From positions 1 through 28,613 of the IMG/VR virus record IMGVR_UViG_3300020570_000507: 28,613 nucleotides of DNA. One strand, 5' to 3'. Of this stretch, positions 16,241 through 23,825 are shown piece after piece (the stretch's first letter is position 1; every line of letters begins with the position of its first letter). The stretch comes from a virus (lineage: Duplodnaviria > Caudoviricetes). Below the pieces are notes generated by a model that was not told the DNA's origin, did no database searches, and was given only the letters and a program-made list of their open reading frames with translations. The position numbers and the translations under genes were made by a program.

Positions 16241-16520
16241 TTGGTTCTCCGTAAATAAGATTAGCTAATTGCTGAATAGTCATTTTGCGAAGATCTTGAA
16301 ACATAATCGTATCTTCTTCAGCTCTTGTTATTCCCATTTTATACCCATTATCGTATCCGTCTTTGTATCCCTCTCTATATTTGGGTCCTTCTTCAAAGTT
16401 TTGTTTTCTAGTATAACGAAGATGTTGAATAAGAAATTCTAATGTAACCGGGCCGGCGCCATTTTCATCGTATATTTCTCTGTTAAAATCCTCAAGTAGT
16501 TGTTCTTCAGTTGTGTTCAT
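16230..16520 (-). CDS. hypothetical protein
   Basis: 96 aa with a GYxxGYxxGY repeat. Confidence 0.7.
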   Translation of the reverse strand: MNTTEEQLLEDFNREIYDENGAGPVTLEFLIQHLRYTRKQNFEEGPKYREGYKDGYDNGYKMGITRAEEDTIMFQDLRKMTIQQLANLIYGEPNEI

Positions 16521-16928
16521 TTATGTTTCCTCCAGCTTTTTCCAATCCTCATATTTTAAATATTTGCAAATTGTTCCATCTTTTAGGGTCGCTCTACCTC
16601 CACACCAGCTCACCACCGAATTTTCACTATTTTCTGTGCTGATTTCAATTGTTCCATCAGAATATTGTAAAATAGTTTTCTCTTCGTGAATCGGAATGTC
16701 TAACTCATCAGGATTTGCAATCCAACCAATAGCCCAAGCGGTAAAACCTTCATTCTCTGCTACCATCAGAAATTCATCACTATTACAAAGATAAGATGAA
16801 GATTTCTTTAACCATCCTTGAATGTATGGATGGCGCTCAAGTTCTTCCACAGTGTTGAAATAAAAATCTACGGGAGTGATACCCCTAGAATCTATAAAAT
16901 TCGGAATCCTCTGTATAAAGTGATTCAT
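16521..16928 (-). CDS. hypothetical protein
   Basis: 135-aa coupled ORF. Confidence 0.7.
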   Translation of the reverse strand: MNHFIQRIPNFIDSRGITPVDFYFNTVEELERHPYIQGWLKKSSSYLCNSDEFLMVAENEGFTAWAIGWIANPDELDIPIHEEKTILQYSDGTIEISTENSENSVVSWCGGRATLKDGTICKYLKYEDWKKLEET

Positions 16929-17110
16929 TTGAGTTTCTCCACGAGTTCATTACGATAGGCATTCCATCCTTTATCATGTTCCGAAAAAGGTTCTCGTTCT
17001 CCGGGCATCCATTCTTCAAATGCTTTCATAATATCAATAAGAATATTGGGGTCATACCGACCTCCACTCTTTTTCATATAGTAGTAAACAAAAGATTCTC
17101 GGTTGATCAT
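16925..17110 (-). CDS. hypothetical protein
   Basis: 61-aa coupled ORF. Confidence 0.65.
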   Translation of the reverse strand: MINRESFVYYYMKKSGGRYDPNILIDIMKAFEEWMPGEREPFSEHDKGWNAYRNELVEKLK

Positions 17111-17316
17111 TGAAATTTCACCAGGGCATCAATAATGTGTTGAATTCCATCTTTAGGAATATGATTGTGATTTGTTGTACCGGTCATTGCCTCCATGCCT
17201 TCCATATGAGTGATTGTAACTGTTCCATATTCATCCGCACTTAAAGTGTAGCCGAAATCATCCTTCGTGTGTATAACATTGACTTCTAATGTGGTTCTGT
17301 ACGTTTGCTGATCCAT
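17107..17316 (-). CDS. hypothetical protein
   Basis: 69-aa ORF. Confidence 0.65.
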   Translation of the reverse strand: MDQQTYRTTLEVNVIHTKDDFGYTLSADEYGTVTITHMEGMEAMTGTTNHNHIPKDGIQHIIDALVKFQ

Positions 17317-17355
17317 TTGTTTTGTTTGTTAAGTATTGGGTGTTGTGGGATATAA

Positions 17356-17676
17356 CTATCCCAAAGGCATTTCATCGGGGCCAAAGTTGGATAGAGAACT
17401 TTCAGAACCTTGCAAATCCACATCTAGGGCAGAACCTTCAAACACAAGCAATGTTTTCAGCGTGAATCTTTCAATAACGTAAGATTGTAGTGGTTTACTA
17501 ATCAACTGGGTTCCATGTTCTCCCCGCTCTTTTGCATTTTTTATGGTTTTATATTTTTGCGCCAGAGAAGGATTATCTGTAAAGCTCCAGTCATAATGTG
17601 GCTGTTTTGCAGCATAATAACCGCAGTCAAACTTTACAAAATATACGGTTTCTTCAAAAATAATTGGTTCAAACAT
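17356..17676 (-). CDS. hypothetical protein
   Basis: 106-aa ORF after an early promoter. Confidence 0.7.
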   Translation of the reverse strand: MFEPIIFEETVYFVKFDCGYYAAKQPHYDWSFTDNPSLAQKYKTIKNAKERGEHGTQLISKPLQSYVIERFTLKTLLVFEGSALDVDLQGSESSLSNFGPDEMPLG

Positions 17677-17700
17677 TGGTTTTTATTAAGGCTACACTAT

Positions 17701-17761
17701 CATACAACAAAACTGGCACAGCGGTAAAAGTGTGTGCCAGTTTCTCATGTGTCTTGCTATT
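17701..17761. repeat. 61-bp direct repeat, copy 1 (contains early promoter)
   Basis: Matches 18467-18527 with 2 mismatches; AACTGGCACAC-27-TATGAT; internal inverted repeat aaactggcaca/tgtgccagttt. Confidence 0.92.
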
Positions 17762-17778
17762 ATCGTGTTTGTTAGACG

Positions 17779-18435
17779 TTAAATTTCACTTACATTTTTT
17801 AATAATCCAATTTTTACCAATTTACCCCTTACAAGTTCAATATTGCGGCTAACATTATTAAAATCTTCGCGAGATTTCTTAACTATCCATGGAGGTGCCT
17901 TTTTTTCAAAATTTGGATTAGAAATTTTTAAAGAAAGGATGGCATATTCCTTCTCGTATTTTTTATACACTTTAACAAGGCGGTTAACACATTCTTCATA
18001 TTTTTCTTCTTGAATTTCTATATGCCAGCTATATTCCGGCGCGGTTTTCCCTAATGCCGAGTATTCAGGTAAAGTGTAAACGAATACCTCGCTTATCGTT
18101 GGTCCTAAAAGTTCGTGATATGTTTTAATTTTATTTTTACTAAGAGCTGATTTAACGAAAATAAGAATGCCAACTTTATCTTTTCCTGGGTTAAGACCTG
18201 AAAATATCCAAACTAAATACATTTTTTCAGAATCATCCTCGGGCCTAAGCTCAAAATCATATAGACCACTTTTAATAATTGGCTTTGAAAACCAACACCA
18301 TTTTTTGTTCATTCGTTTAGCTACTTCTTCACCATAGACGCATTCGTAAAATTCGGGATCGTCTTCGGAAATCACATACCCTAACCCATTCGCCCAATCT
18401 GGAGCGGTATCCCAAGATGGTTTTTCTATTTTCAT
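17779..18435 (-). CDS. hypothetical protein bracketed by direct repeats
   Basis: Likely start MKIEKPSW at 18435; the ATG at 18462 lies only 2 nt from the -10 box. Confidence 0.7.
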   Translation of the reverse strand: MKIEKPSWDTAPDWANGLGYVISEDDPEFYECVYGEEVAKRMNKKWCWFSKPIIKSGLYDFELRPEDDSEKMYLVWIFSGLNPGKDKVGILIFVKSALSKNKIKTYHELLGPTISEVFVYTLPEYSALGKTAPEYSWHIEIQEEKYEECVNRLVKVYKKYEKEYAILSLKISNPNFEKKAPPWIVKKSREDFNNVSRNIELVRGKLVKIGLLKNVSEI

Positions 18436-18466
18436 TCCTCTAACCCCCACATTATTCTTCATACAG

Positions 18467-18527
18467 CATACAACAAAACTGACACAGCGGTAAAAGTGTG
18501 TGCCAGTTTCTCATGTGTCTTGCCATT
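18467..18527. repeat. 61-bp direct repeat, copy 2 (contains early promoter)
   Basis: Matches 17701-17761; includes the 3' end of the 18511-18879 gene. Confidence 0.92.
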
Positions 18528-18879
18528 GTAAATTTTCAAGTTTACGTTTTCGGTTGGAGTAATCTTTTCTATAGAGATATTCCTGTTCTTTGGTTGCAAG
18601 TCCAACTTTCATAAGAGTATAAATTGCATCACTTTCGTTTTTTGAGAGAATATTGATTCCGCCATGTTCAGCATCTTCAAGTTCCCAGTAAAAGGCTTTC
18701 ACCTGACTTTTATGATCTTTTGCTTGCCAGGCTTTACCGTTATACTCTATGATTACATTTTTATTATTGATTAGATAGTGACCATTTCTATTAAATAATG
18801 GTTCAATTTCATCAAGGGAATATTGAAGATTGTCGTCATTTTGAATCCATAATGGACATTCAAGAACTTTAATTTTCAT
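18511..18879 (-). CDS. hypothetical protein
   Basis: 122-aa ORF. Confidence 0.7.
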   Translation of the reverse strand: MKIKVLECPLWIQNDDNLQYSLDEIEPLFNRNGHYLINNKNVIIEYNGKAWQAKDHKSQVKAFYWELEDAEHGGINILSKNESDAIYTLMKVGLATKEQEYLYRKDYSNRKRKLENLQWQDT

Positions 18880-18895
18880 TGTAAAGACACTCTAG

Positions 18896-18942
18896 TTTTT
18901 ACTCACATCAAACCAGCGTTCAAAGCTGGTTGAATTTACTAA
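18896..18942. repeat. 47-bp direct repeat (other copy 19306-19352)
   Basis: tttttactcacatcaaacca(g/a)cgttcaaa(g/a)ct(g/a)gttgaatttactaa, 3 mismatches. Confidence 0.9.
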
Positions 18943-19400
18943 TTTTTCCTGTCCCATTGCGTCTTCACATTTGTTTGCATGGTCATTCCACGTTCCGGTG
19001 AGTGGTCGGCGGATTCTTCGGGAAATACTGCAAATCTTACTTTATAAGATTGATTCATTGTAGAATCGGGTCCAGTTTGCAATTGAATGGAATATAGTAC
19101 GAGCTTGTCATATTTTTTCCTATACCGGGGAAGTGTTTCTTTTACATCATTAATAGATGAAAATAAACGGGATTTTGATTCTATCGGATATACTTTTTGA
19201 GTTTTGTCATCATAATATAAACTATTGGGCGATAGTGTAAAATAATCAAAAAGCGTAGCAATCTCTCCGGCTTGGTCTTCCGGTAGACAGCATGTATCAT
19301 TCGAATTTTTACTCACATCAAACCAACGTTCAAAACTAGTTGAATTTACTAAATTGCTTGGATGTACTGTATATTTCATTGGTTCAGGTGGTAATTGCAA
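18939..19400 (-). CDS. hypothetical protein
   Basis: 153-aa ORF (TTG start, or ATG at MKYTV). Confidence 0.6.
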   Translation of the reverse strand: MQLPPEPMKYTVHPSNLVNSTSFERWFDVSKNSNDTCCLPEDQAGEIATLFDYFTLSPNSLYYDDKTQKVYPIESKSRLFSSINDVKETLPRYRKKYDKLVLYSIQLQTGPDSTMNQSYKVRFAVFPEESADHSPERGMTMQTNVKTQWDRKN

Positions 19401-19412
19401 TTATCTCAAACA

Positions 19413-20000
19413 TCATAGAGTAAACCGAACAAATTTAGAAACTCTAATATTTTCCTTAAGAGTTCCCGCAACACTCTTTACATATTCTTCAACAGTTAGA
19501 GTATTGTCTTTAACAAAAACCTGACTCATTAGACACATCTCTTTCAGGCGTTTTGCAACTCTACCTTCAACAATTTTAGTCTTAATTGCATCGGGTTTGG
19601 CTGCAAGGTCATTTTTACCCATTTCAATTTGAGCTTCTTTCTCTGAAATTTCACTAGGAATGTCATCAACCGAAACATAAGAAACTGCAGGATATGCTGC
19701 AACCTGCATTCCCAAATTGCGAACAAGCTCTAGAAACTCTTCTGAACGAGCAACAAAATCTGTTTCACAAAGAACTTCAATCAAAACACCAACTTTACCG
19801 CCCGTGTGAATGTAAGAGCCAATAGTTCCTTCAGTTGTTTGTCTACCAGAATTGCCATCTGCAATTGAAATTCCTTTCTGTCTGAGCCAAATAATTGCCC
19901 TAGATTCATCGTCCGAATTGGCGGCTAGGGCCTCTTTACAGAGCATCATTCCGGCTCCAGTCTTTTGCCGAAGTTCTTTAATTTGTTCAATGGTTGCCAT
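19413..20000 (-). CDS. tsf: translation elongation factor Ts (short cyanobacterial type)
   Basis: [72 protein letters not shown]. Confidence 0.96.
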   Translation of the reverse strand: MATIEQIKELRQKTGAGMMLCKEALAANSDDESRAIIWLRQKGISIADGNSGRQTTEGTIGSYIHTGGKVGVLIEVLCETDFVARSEEFLELVRNLGMQVAAYPAVSYVSVDDIPSEISEKEAQIEMGKNDLAAKPDAIKTKIVEGRVAKRLKEMCLMSQVFVKDNTLTVEEYVKSVAGTLKENIRVSKFVRFTL

Positions 20001-20028
20001 TTTCTTATTTTATAATGAAGGTAAAATT

Positions 20029-20185
20029 TGCCCTCGGAGAGATTTGAACTCACTATTGATAGACTTAATGTTTCGTTCAGGAAGATCGCCTTATGAGGGA
20101 GGTTCTTATCGGTGTGGATTCAACACACCTATCCAACACTACTTTATTAAGTTGAATCCTATCTTACCATACCAATGGCAAGGGC
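20029..20185 (-). ncRNA. 157-nt tRNA-like RNA with large structured insert
   Basis: Acceptor GCCCUUG/CGAGGGC plus discriminator A; T arm GUGAG-UUCAAAU-CUCUC; internal helices GAUAG/CUAUC, ACUUAAU/AUUAAGU and GGUGUG/CACACC. Confidence 0.7.
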
Positions 20186-20188
20186 ATT

Positions 20189-20218
20189 GAAAAGTAAGAC
20201 ATTTGGGACTGTCTTACT
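20189..20218 (-). terminator. hairpin plus short U tract (terminator or processing signal)
   Basis: AGUAAGACA-8 nt-UGUCUUACU-UUU. Confidence 0.5.
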
Positions 20219-20441
20219 ATACCGGACCCAGAAGTTCTCTTTCATACTTCTCGGTTTGACATCTTTCTGGGCTATGTGCCCAGCGATTATCAATAGTCGC
20301 CCTGGGGATCAAACCCAGCCTAAGGCCCCAGTCCAGGGCAAATCGCTTATAAGGCGACTCCGAACATCAGTTCTGACGACCGAGCGGATGAAAGGAAGTT
20401 TTTGGGTAGGCGAACCTACCTTTTCTACTTTCCCGGTATAG
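20217..20441 (-). ncRNA. about 225-nt multi-stem RNA (possibly manA RNA motif) enclosing a tRNA
   Basis: Closing helix CUAUACCGG/CCGGUAUAG; GGUAGG-UUCG-CCUACC, CUGGGC/GCCCAG and AGAAGU/ACUUCU stems. CAUCCGC, GAUGUC and GUAUGAAAG recall cyanophage manA RNAs (from memory, unverified). Confidence 0.55.
20294..20381 (-). tRNA. atypical tRNA-Ile(UAU)
   Basis: Acceptor GGUCGUC/GGCGACU+A; minimal D arm GAAC-UGAU-GUUC; 6-bp anticodon stem with loop CU-UAU-AA; long variable arm; T arm CUGGG-UUUGAUC-CCCAG; no encoded CCA. Confidence 0.78.
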
Positions 20442-20476
20442 AGCCCAGGGGGCCTATTTCCTTTCATTGCCTATGT

Positions 20477-20520
20477 ATCATACACCAAGACTGGGGTTGT
20501 GGGTGGGTTGTGTGCCAGTT
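20477..20520 (-). promoter_or_regulatory. early promoter motif copy driving the RNA cluster
   Basis: AACTGGCACAC-27 nt-TATGAT. Confidence 0.75.
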
Positions 20521-20554
20521 TAAGGGTTGGGTGCTTTTGTCAAGTGGTAGCAGA

Positions 20555-21130
20555 CTACTGTGAAAGTAGCATAGAAGATTTAAGTCTAAGTTCTGCGTGA
20601 ATTTCTCTATGACAATTAGAACATACACAAATACATTTATCCAGTTCACGTTTTTGATTTTCCCAACTCTTATGCTTTATGTTTCCAAAGTTTTTATCCT
20701 TTTCCTTTGGGTTTATATGATGGAATTCTAGAGCATCAACACATTTATTATAATCGCATCTTTCGCATTTTCCACCTTTATACTCTACAGCTTTCTTTTT
20801 AGAATTTCTCCACCTTTCTATAGATTTTTTATTAGAACATTTTTTACAGTTGGGTGCCCATACTCGTCTTCCTTTTCTCCAATAACCAGTTTCAACATTT
20901 AAATCTATATCACAGGAATTACATTTTTGTATTGGGTTACCATTATCTCTTTTTATTGTGTGTTTATTGCCATTGACATAAACCCCTTCTTTAAAAGATT
21001 TATAGTGAGTCTTTAGATTGTGTTGTTTTAACCAATATCTAATTGTGGTATAGCTTTTATTTGTTAATTTTGATATTTGCCTTATTGATAATTTTTGGTC
21101 AATAAATTCTTTTAAAGTAGAATATTCCAT
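20555..21130 (-). CDS. HNH endonuclease with N-terminal HTH (free-standing homing-endonuclease type)
   Basis: SIRQISK..SYTTIRYWL HTH; CxxC..CxxC; KGGKCERC..ALEFHH..ELDKCICVCSNCHREIH. Confidence 0.88.
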   Translation of the reverse strand: MEYSTLKEFIDQKLSIRQISKLTNKSYTTIRYWLKQHNLKTHYKSFKEGVYVNGNKHTIKRDNGNPIQKCNSCDIDLNVETGYWRKGRRVWAPNCKKCSNKKSIERWRNSKKKAVEYKGGKCERCDYNKCVDALEFHHINPKEKDKNFGNIKHKSWENQKRELDKCICVCSNCHREIHAELRLKSSMLLSQ

Positions 21131-21196
21131 TAGTTCAGGTAAAATAACTTATTGTTATTTATACAACTGAACTATTAAACTTTACAAAGTTAAAAA

Positions 21197-21279
21197 CGGG
21201 TCCCGGATGAATTGAACATCGTACCCTCCTTCCAGCGTTTAAGGGACCGCGTTAGAAGCACGGTGCTGGGACGGGACCC
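21197..21279 (-). tRNA. D-armless tRNA-Arg(UCU)-like RNA
   Basis: 8-bp acceptor GGGUCCCG/CGGGACCC+G; 4-bp T stem GAUG-UUCAAUU-CAUC; anticodon arm ACCGUG-CUUCUAA-CGCGGU; only 7 nt where the D arm should be. Confidence 0.7.
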
Positions 21280-21339
21280 ATAATAAAACCCGAAACAAAT
21301 CGGATTGTCTGTCTATTTAGACCCCCTTTGCTTGACCCT

Positions 21340-21399
21340 TTAAGAATAACACAAAACCACCTAAACGGTAAAAGCGTGTACCAGTTGTTCAAGTGTCCA
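21340..21399 (-). promoter_or_regulatory. early promoter, duplicated at 21482-21541
   Basis: TGGACAC-TTGAAC-AACTGGTACAC-27 nt-TATTCT; 60-bp imperfect direct repeat at a 142-bp offset. Confidence 0.8.
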
Positions 21400-21400
21400 C

Positions 21401-21425
21401 AAAAAAGGGGCTAGTTAGGCCCCCG
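21401..21425 (-). terminator. intrinsic terminator
   Basis: GGGGC-CUAACUA-GCCCC-UUUUUU. Confidence 0.8.
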
Positions 21426-21478
21426 CTTATGGTAAATCATGGAGGGACATGGAGCCCTATTGGGTAACAACTCCCAAC
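21401..21478 (-). ncRNA. candidate sRNA of about 78 nt
   Basis: Bounded by its own promoter (-10 at 21485-21490) and a terminator; hairpins UUGGG/CCCAA and AGGG/CCCU; CUCCAUG occurs twice. Confidence 0.55.
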
Positions 21479-21481
21479 TCA

Positions 21482-21541
21482 TTAAGAATAACACAAACTC
21501 AGCCAAACGGTAAGAACGAGTGCCAGTTGTTCAAGTGTCCA
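21482..21541 (-). promoter_or_regulatory. early promoter motif copy
   Basis: TGGACAC-TTGAAC-AACTGGCACTC-27 nt-TATTCT. Confidence 0.8.
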
Positions 21542-21544
21542 AAC

Positions 21545-22063
21545 TCAATAAGAACCTGGCTCCTGATAAACGGTAACAAAAACTGTGCCCTTCTTATAAA
21601 GAGGAAGTAGTTTATCCCGTAGATCAATGTTATAAAGTCTCACACAACCTAAAGTCTGAACCAACCTCTGTTTAGGTGCCCACGATGCCGGCCATCCATT
21701 ACTCGACCCTCCGCCATGAATCATAAGACCAGCTCTACCATATTTCGCTTCCTGGCCTTCCAATTCTACCATATCAAATGATAGCCATCCATAGGCCATT
21801 AGCGTGCGATCAAAAAATGGATTGGGGCCATACTTAGCATAGTCATTATAGAGTTCTCCTAGACGATAAAGACCGGGAACGGTGTCACTACCATAATCGG
21901 AAAACACATAATCGCTTCCTTGACCTCGTGCAAGAGCTGGTATTTCCCATAAGAGTCTACCATTAAAATCGTATGCTTTTGCGGTTTCGGTGACATCATT
22001 AACGATTATATGAGTATCTCCCCGCTTAAAGCCAAAGTCTTGTGGCCTCTTTCCTTTGGTCAT
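21545..22063 (-). CDS. L,D-transpeptidase (YkuD-like) domain protein
   Basis: DTVPGLY, LMIHGG..TLGCVRL catalytic His/Cys motif; late promoter upstream. Confidence 0.75.
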   Translation of the reverse strand: MTKGKRPQDFGFKRGDTHIIVNDVTETAKAYDFNGRLLWEIPALARGQGSDYVFSDYGSDTVPGLYRLGELYNDYAKYGPNPFFDRTLMAYGWLSFDMVELEGQEAKYGRAGLMIHGGGSSNGWPASWAPKQRLVQTLGCVRLYNIDLRDKLLPLYKKGTVFVTVYQEPGSY

Positions 22064-22086
22064 AATTATGCACCGAATAGTTATAA

Positions 22087-22413
22087 CTATTTATTTATAT
22101 GTTTACCGAAGGCTCCAATAAAATTAAGAAATCTTTTGAACCAATTATGATTCTTTTCTAGATTTTTACGTTCAACATAGTTCATGTAATTATCAATAGT
22201 TAATGGATCGGCTTTTTCTAACCATTCTAAGAATTGATAAGAATCCAAGGAATTAATATATTCTAAATCTTTCTCAAATTGTTCAAAGTAATAAGAATTC
22301 TTATTACCATACTCGTCAACAAGTTCACCCGAAAAGCGGTTGCGAGGATCTCGTTTAGAGCACTCTCTCCACAAGTCTCGTATCAATTCAATTTGTCGGT
22401 CATCATATCGCAT
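22087..22413 (-). CDS. hypothetical protein
   Basis: 108-aa ORF. Confidence 0.7.
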   Translation of the reverse strand: MRYDDRQIELIRDLWRECSKRDPRNRFSGELVDEYGNKNSYYFEQFEKDLEYINSLDSYQFLEWLEKADPLTIDNYMNYVERKNLEKNHNWFKRFLNFIGAFGKHINK

Positions 22414-22430
22414 AATTGTTCAGGTGCAAT

Positions 22431-22486
22431 AAAAAGGTCAAAGGGCTCTCATAAAGAGTAGCCCATACATAACTAAGACAATTAAT
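22431..22486. repeat. about 55-bp direct repeat with terminator-like hairpin, copy 1
   Basis: aaaaaggtcaaagggctctc..gcccatacataactaag(a/t)caattaat; other copy at 23826-23880. Confidence 0.9.
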
Positions 22487-23813
22487 CATAACTATTTAAA
22501 TCATTAACTTCTATACCTTTGTTTCTCAAGAGTTCGCGAATATTATCAGCTTTTGCATAATCACGATTAGCTCTAGCGATATTGCGCTCTTCAATCAATG
22601 AGCGAATCTCTTCACTTTTCTCCTTTTCACCGGAAGAAACCTCATAAACAAACCCCAACACCCCTGACAACTCTTGTAAGAGTTTCCAGCTATCATCACA
22701 GCTATTAGTTCTTATTAAACGAGCCAATTGAAATAATTCTCCAACGGCAACTGAAGTATTGAGATCATCATTGAGAGCCGAAATGAACCTATTTCTAATG
22801 TGCTCTAAGTCTGTGCTAAGGCTTAGAGATTCAGTGACTTCACGGTTAATTCCAAATGATAGCGCAGTATTTAAAATCTTCCACCCGTTGACTGCAGATT
22901 TCATTGCTTCCATATTAAAATCTATCGGTTTTCTGTAGTGGGCTTGCAATACAAATAACCTAATGGCCATAGGACTAATGCCAAATTCAATTAGATTTCT
23001 GATCGTGGTGAAATTTCCTAGAGATTTAGCCATCTTTTCCTCGCCAACGGTAACGAAACCATTGTGTAGCCAATAATGGGCTAATTCCTTACCGTTAGCA
23101 ATTTCAGATTGTGCTATTTCATTTTCGTGATGTGGAAAGATTAAATCCGATCCACCCAAATGAATGTCAATAGTTTCACCAAGTTCTTGACGAATCATTG
23201 CGGAGCATTCAATATGCCAGCCCGGTCTTCCCGGCCCCCAAGGAGAATCAAAACTAGGCTCATCAGAATTTACACCTTTCCAAAGAGCAAAATCAAACGG
23301 ATGATGTTTTTTTGTGTCTTCTTGGCTGCGCTGTTGTTCTAACTTGCGACCACTCAGTTTACCATATTCAGCATATTTCATAACTGAAAAATAAACATCT
23401 CCATCTATAGAATATGCAGCACCTTTATCTGTGAGAACTTGAATCATATTGCGAATTGCACCGAGGCTATTCGTCACTCTTGGCATTTTATCGGCAGGAA
23501 GTATGTTCAAGGTCTTCATATCTTCTTCGAAAGCCTGAATATTACGTTCACTAACTGCTTCTATAGAGGTTCCTTCTAATTTAGCTCTTGCTATAATTTT
23601 ATCGTCAATATCAGTAAAATTCTGAACGAACTTAACAACATATCCTTGCCACATTAGATGTCTCCTTAGAACATCCCACACAATATAGCTACGTGCATGT
23701 CCTAAATGACACAGATCATAAACAGTAACACCGCAGCAATAAATTAATACTTTACCAGGAGTTATTGGAATAAACTCTTCTTTAGTTTTAGTGATACTGT
23801 TAGTTAGGTACAT
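22482..23813 (-). CDS. cysS: cysteinyl-tRNA synthetase
   Basis: [17 protein letters not shown] (HIGH), [49 protein letters not shown] (KMSKS). Confidence 0.97.
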   Translation of the reverse strand: MYLTNSITKTKEEFIPITPGKVLIYCCGVTVYDLCHLGHARSYIVWDVLRRHLMWQGYVVKFVQNFTDIDDKIIARAKLEGTSIEAVSERNIQAFEEDMKTLNILPADKMPRVTNSLGAIRNMIQVLTDKGAAYSIDGDVYFSVMKYAEYGKLSGRKLEQQRSQEDTKKHHPFDFALWKGVNSDEPSFDSPWGPGRPGWHIECSAMIRQELGETIDIHLGGSDLIFPHHENEIAQSEIANGKELAHYWLHNGFVTVGEEKMAKSLGNFTTIRNLIEFGISPMAIRLFVLQAHYRKPIDFNMEAMKSAVNGWKILNTALSFGINREVTESLSLSTDLEHIRNRFISALNDDLNTSVAVGELFQLARLIRTNSCDDSWKLLQELSGVLGFVYEVSSGEKEKSEEIRSLIEERNIARANRDYAKADNIRELLRNKGIEVNDLNSYD

Positions 23814-23825
23814 GATAATGAAGAG

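Noticed and set aside
20029-20185. tmRNA or intron-containing tRNA
   Set aside because: No G3:U70 alanine acceptor, too short for tmRNA, no evident tag frame, and no group I core.
20464-20649. 61-aa minus-strand ORF
   Set aside because: It overlaps the HNH gene end and runs through the early promoter of the RNA cluster.
20020-21200. HDV-like (theta) ribozymes at tRNA 3' ends
   Set aside because: The sequences following each tRNA-like 3' end are AU-rich or part of other stems; no nested double pseudoknot is visible by eye.
21411-21482. 23-aa ORF MSWELLPNRAP...
   Set aside because: The ATG is only 2 nt from the -10 box, there is no RBS, and the ORF runs into the terminator.
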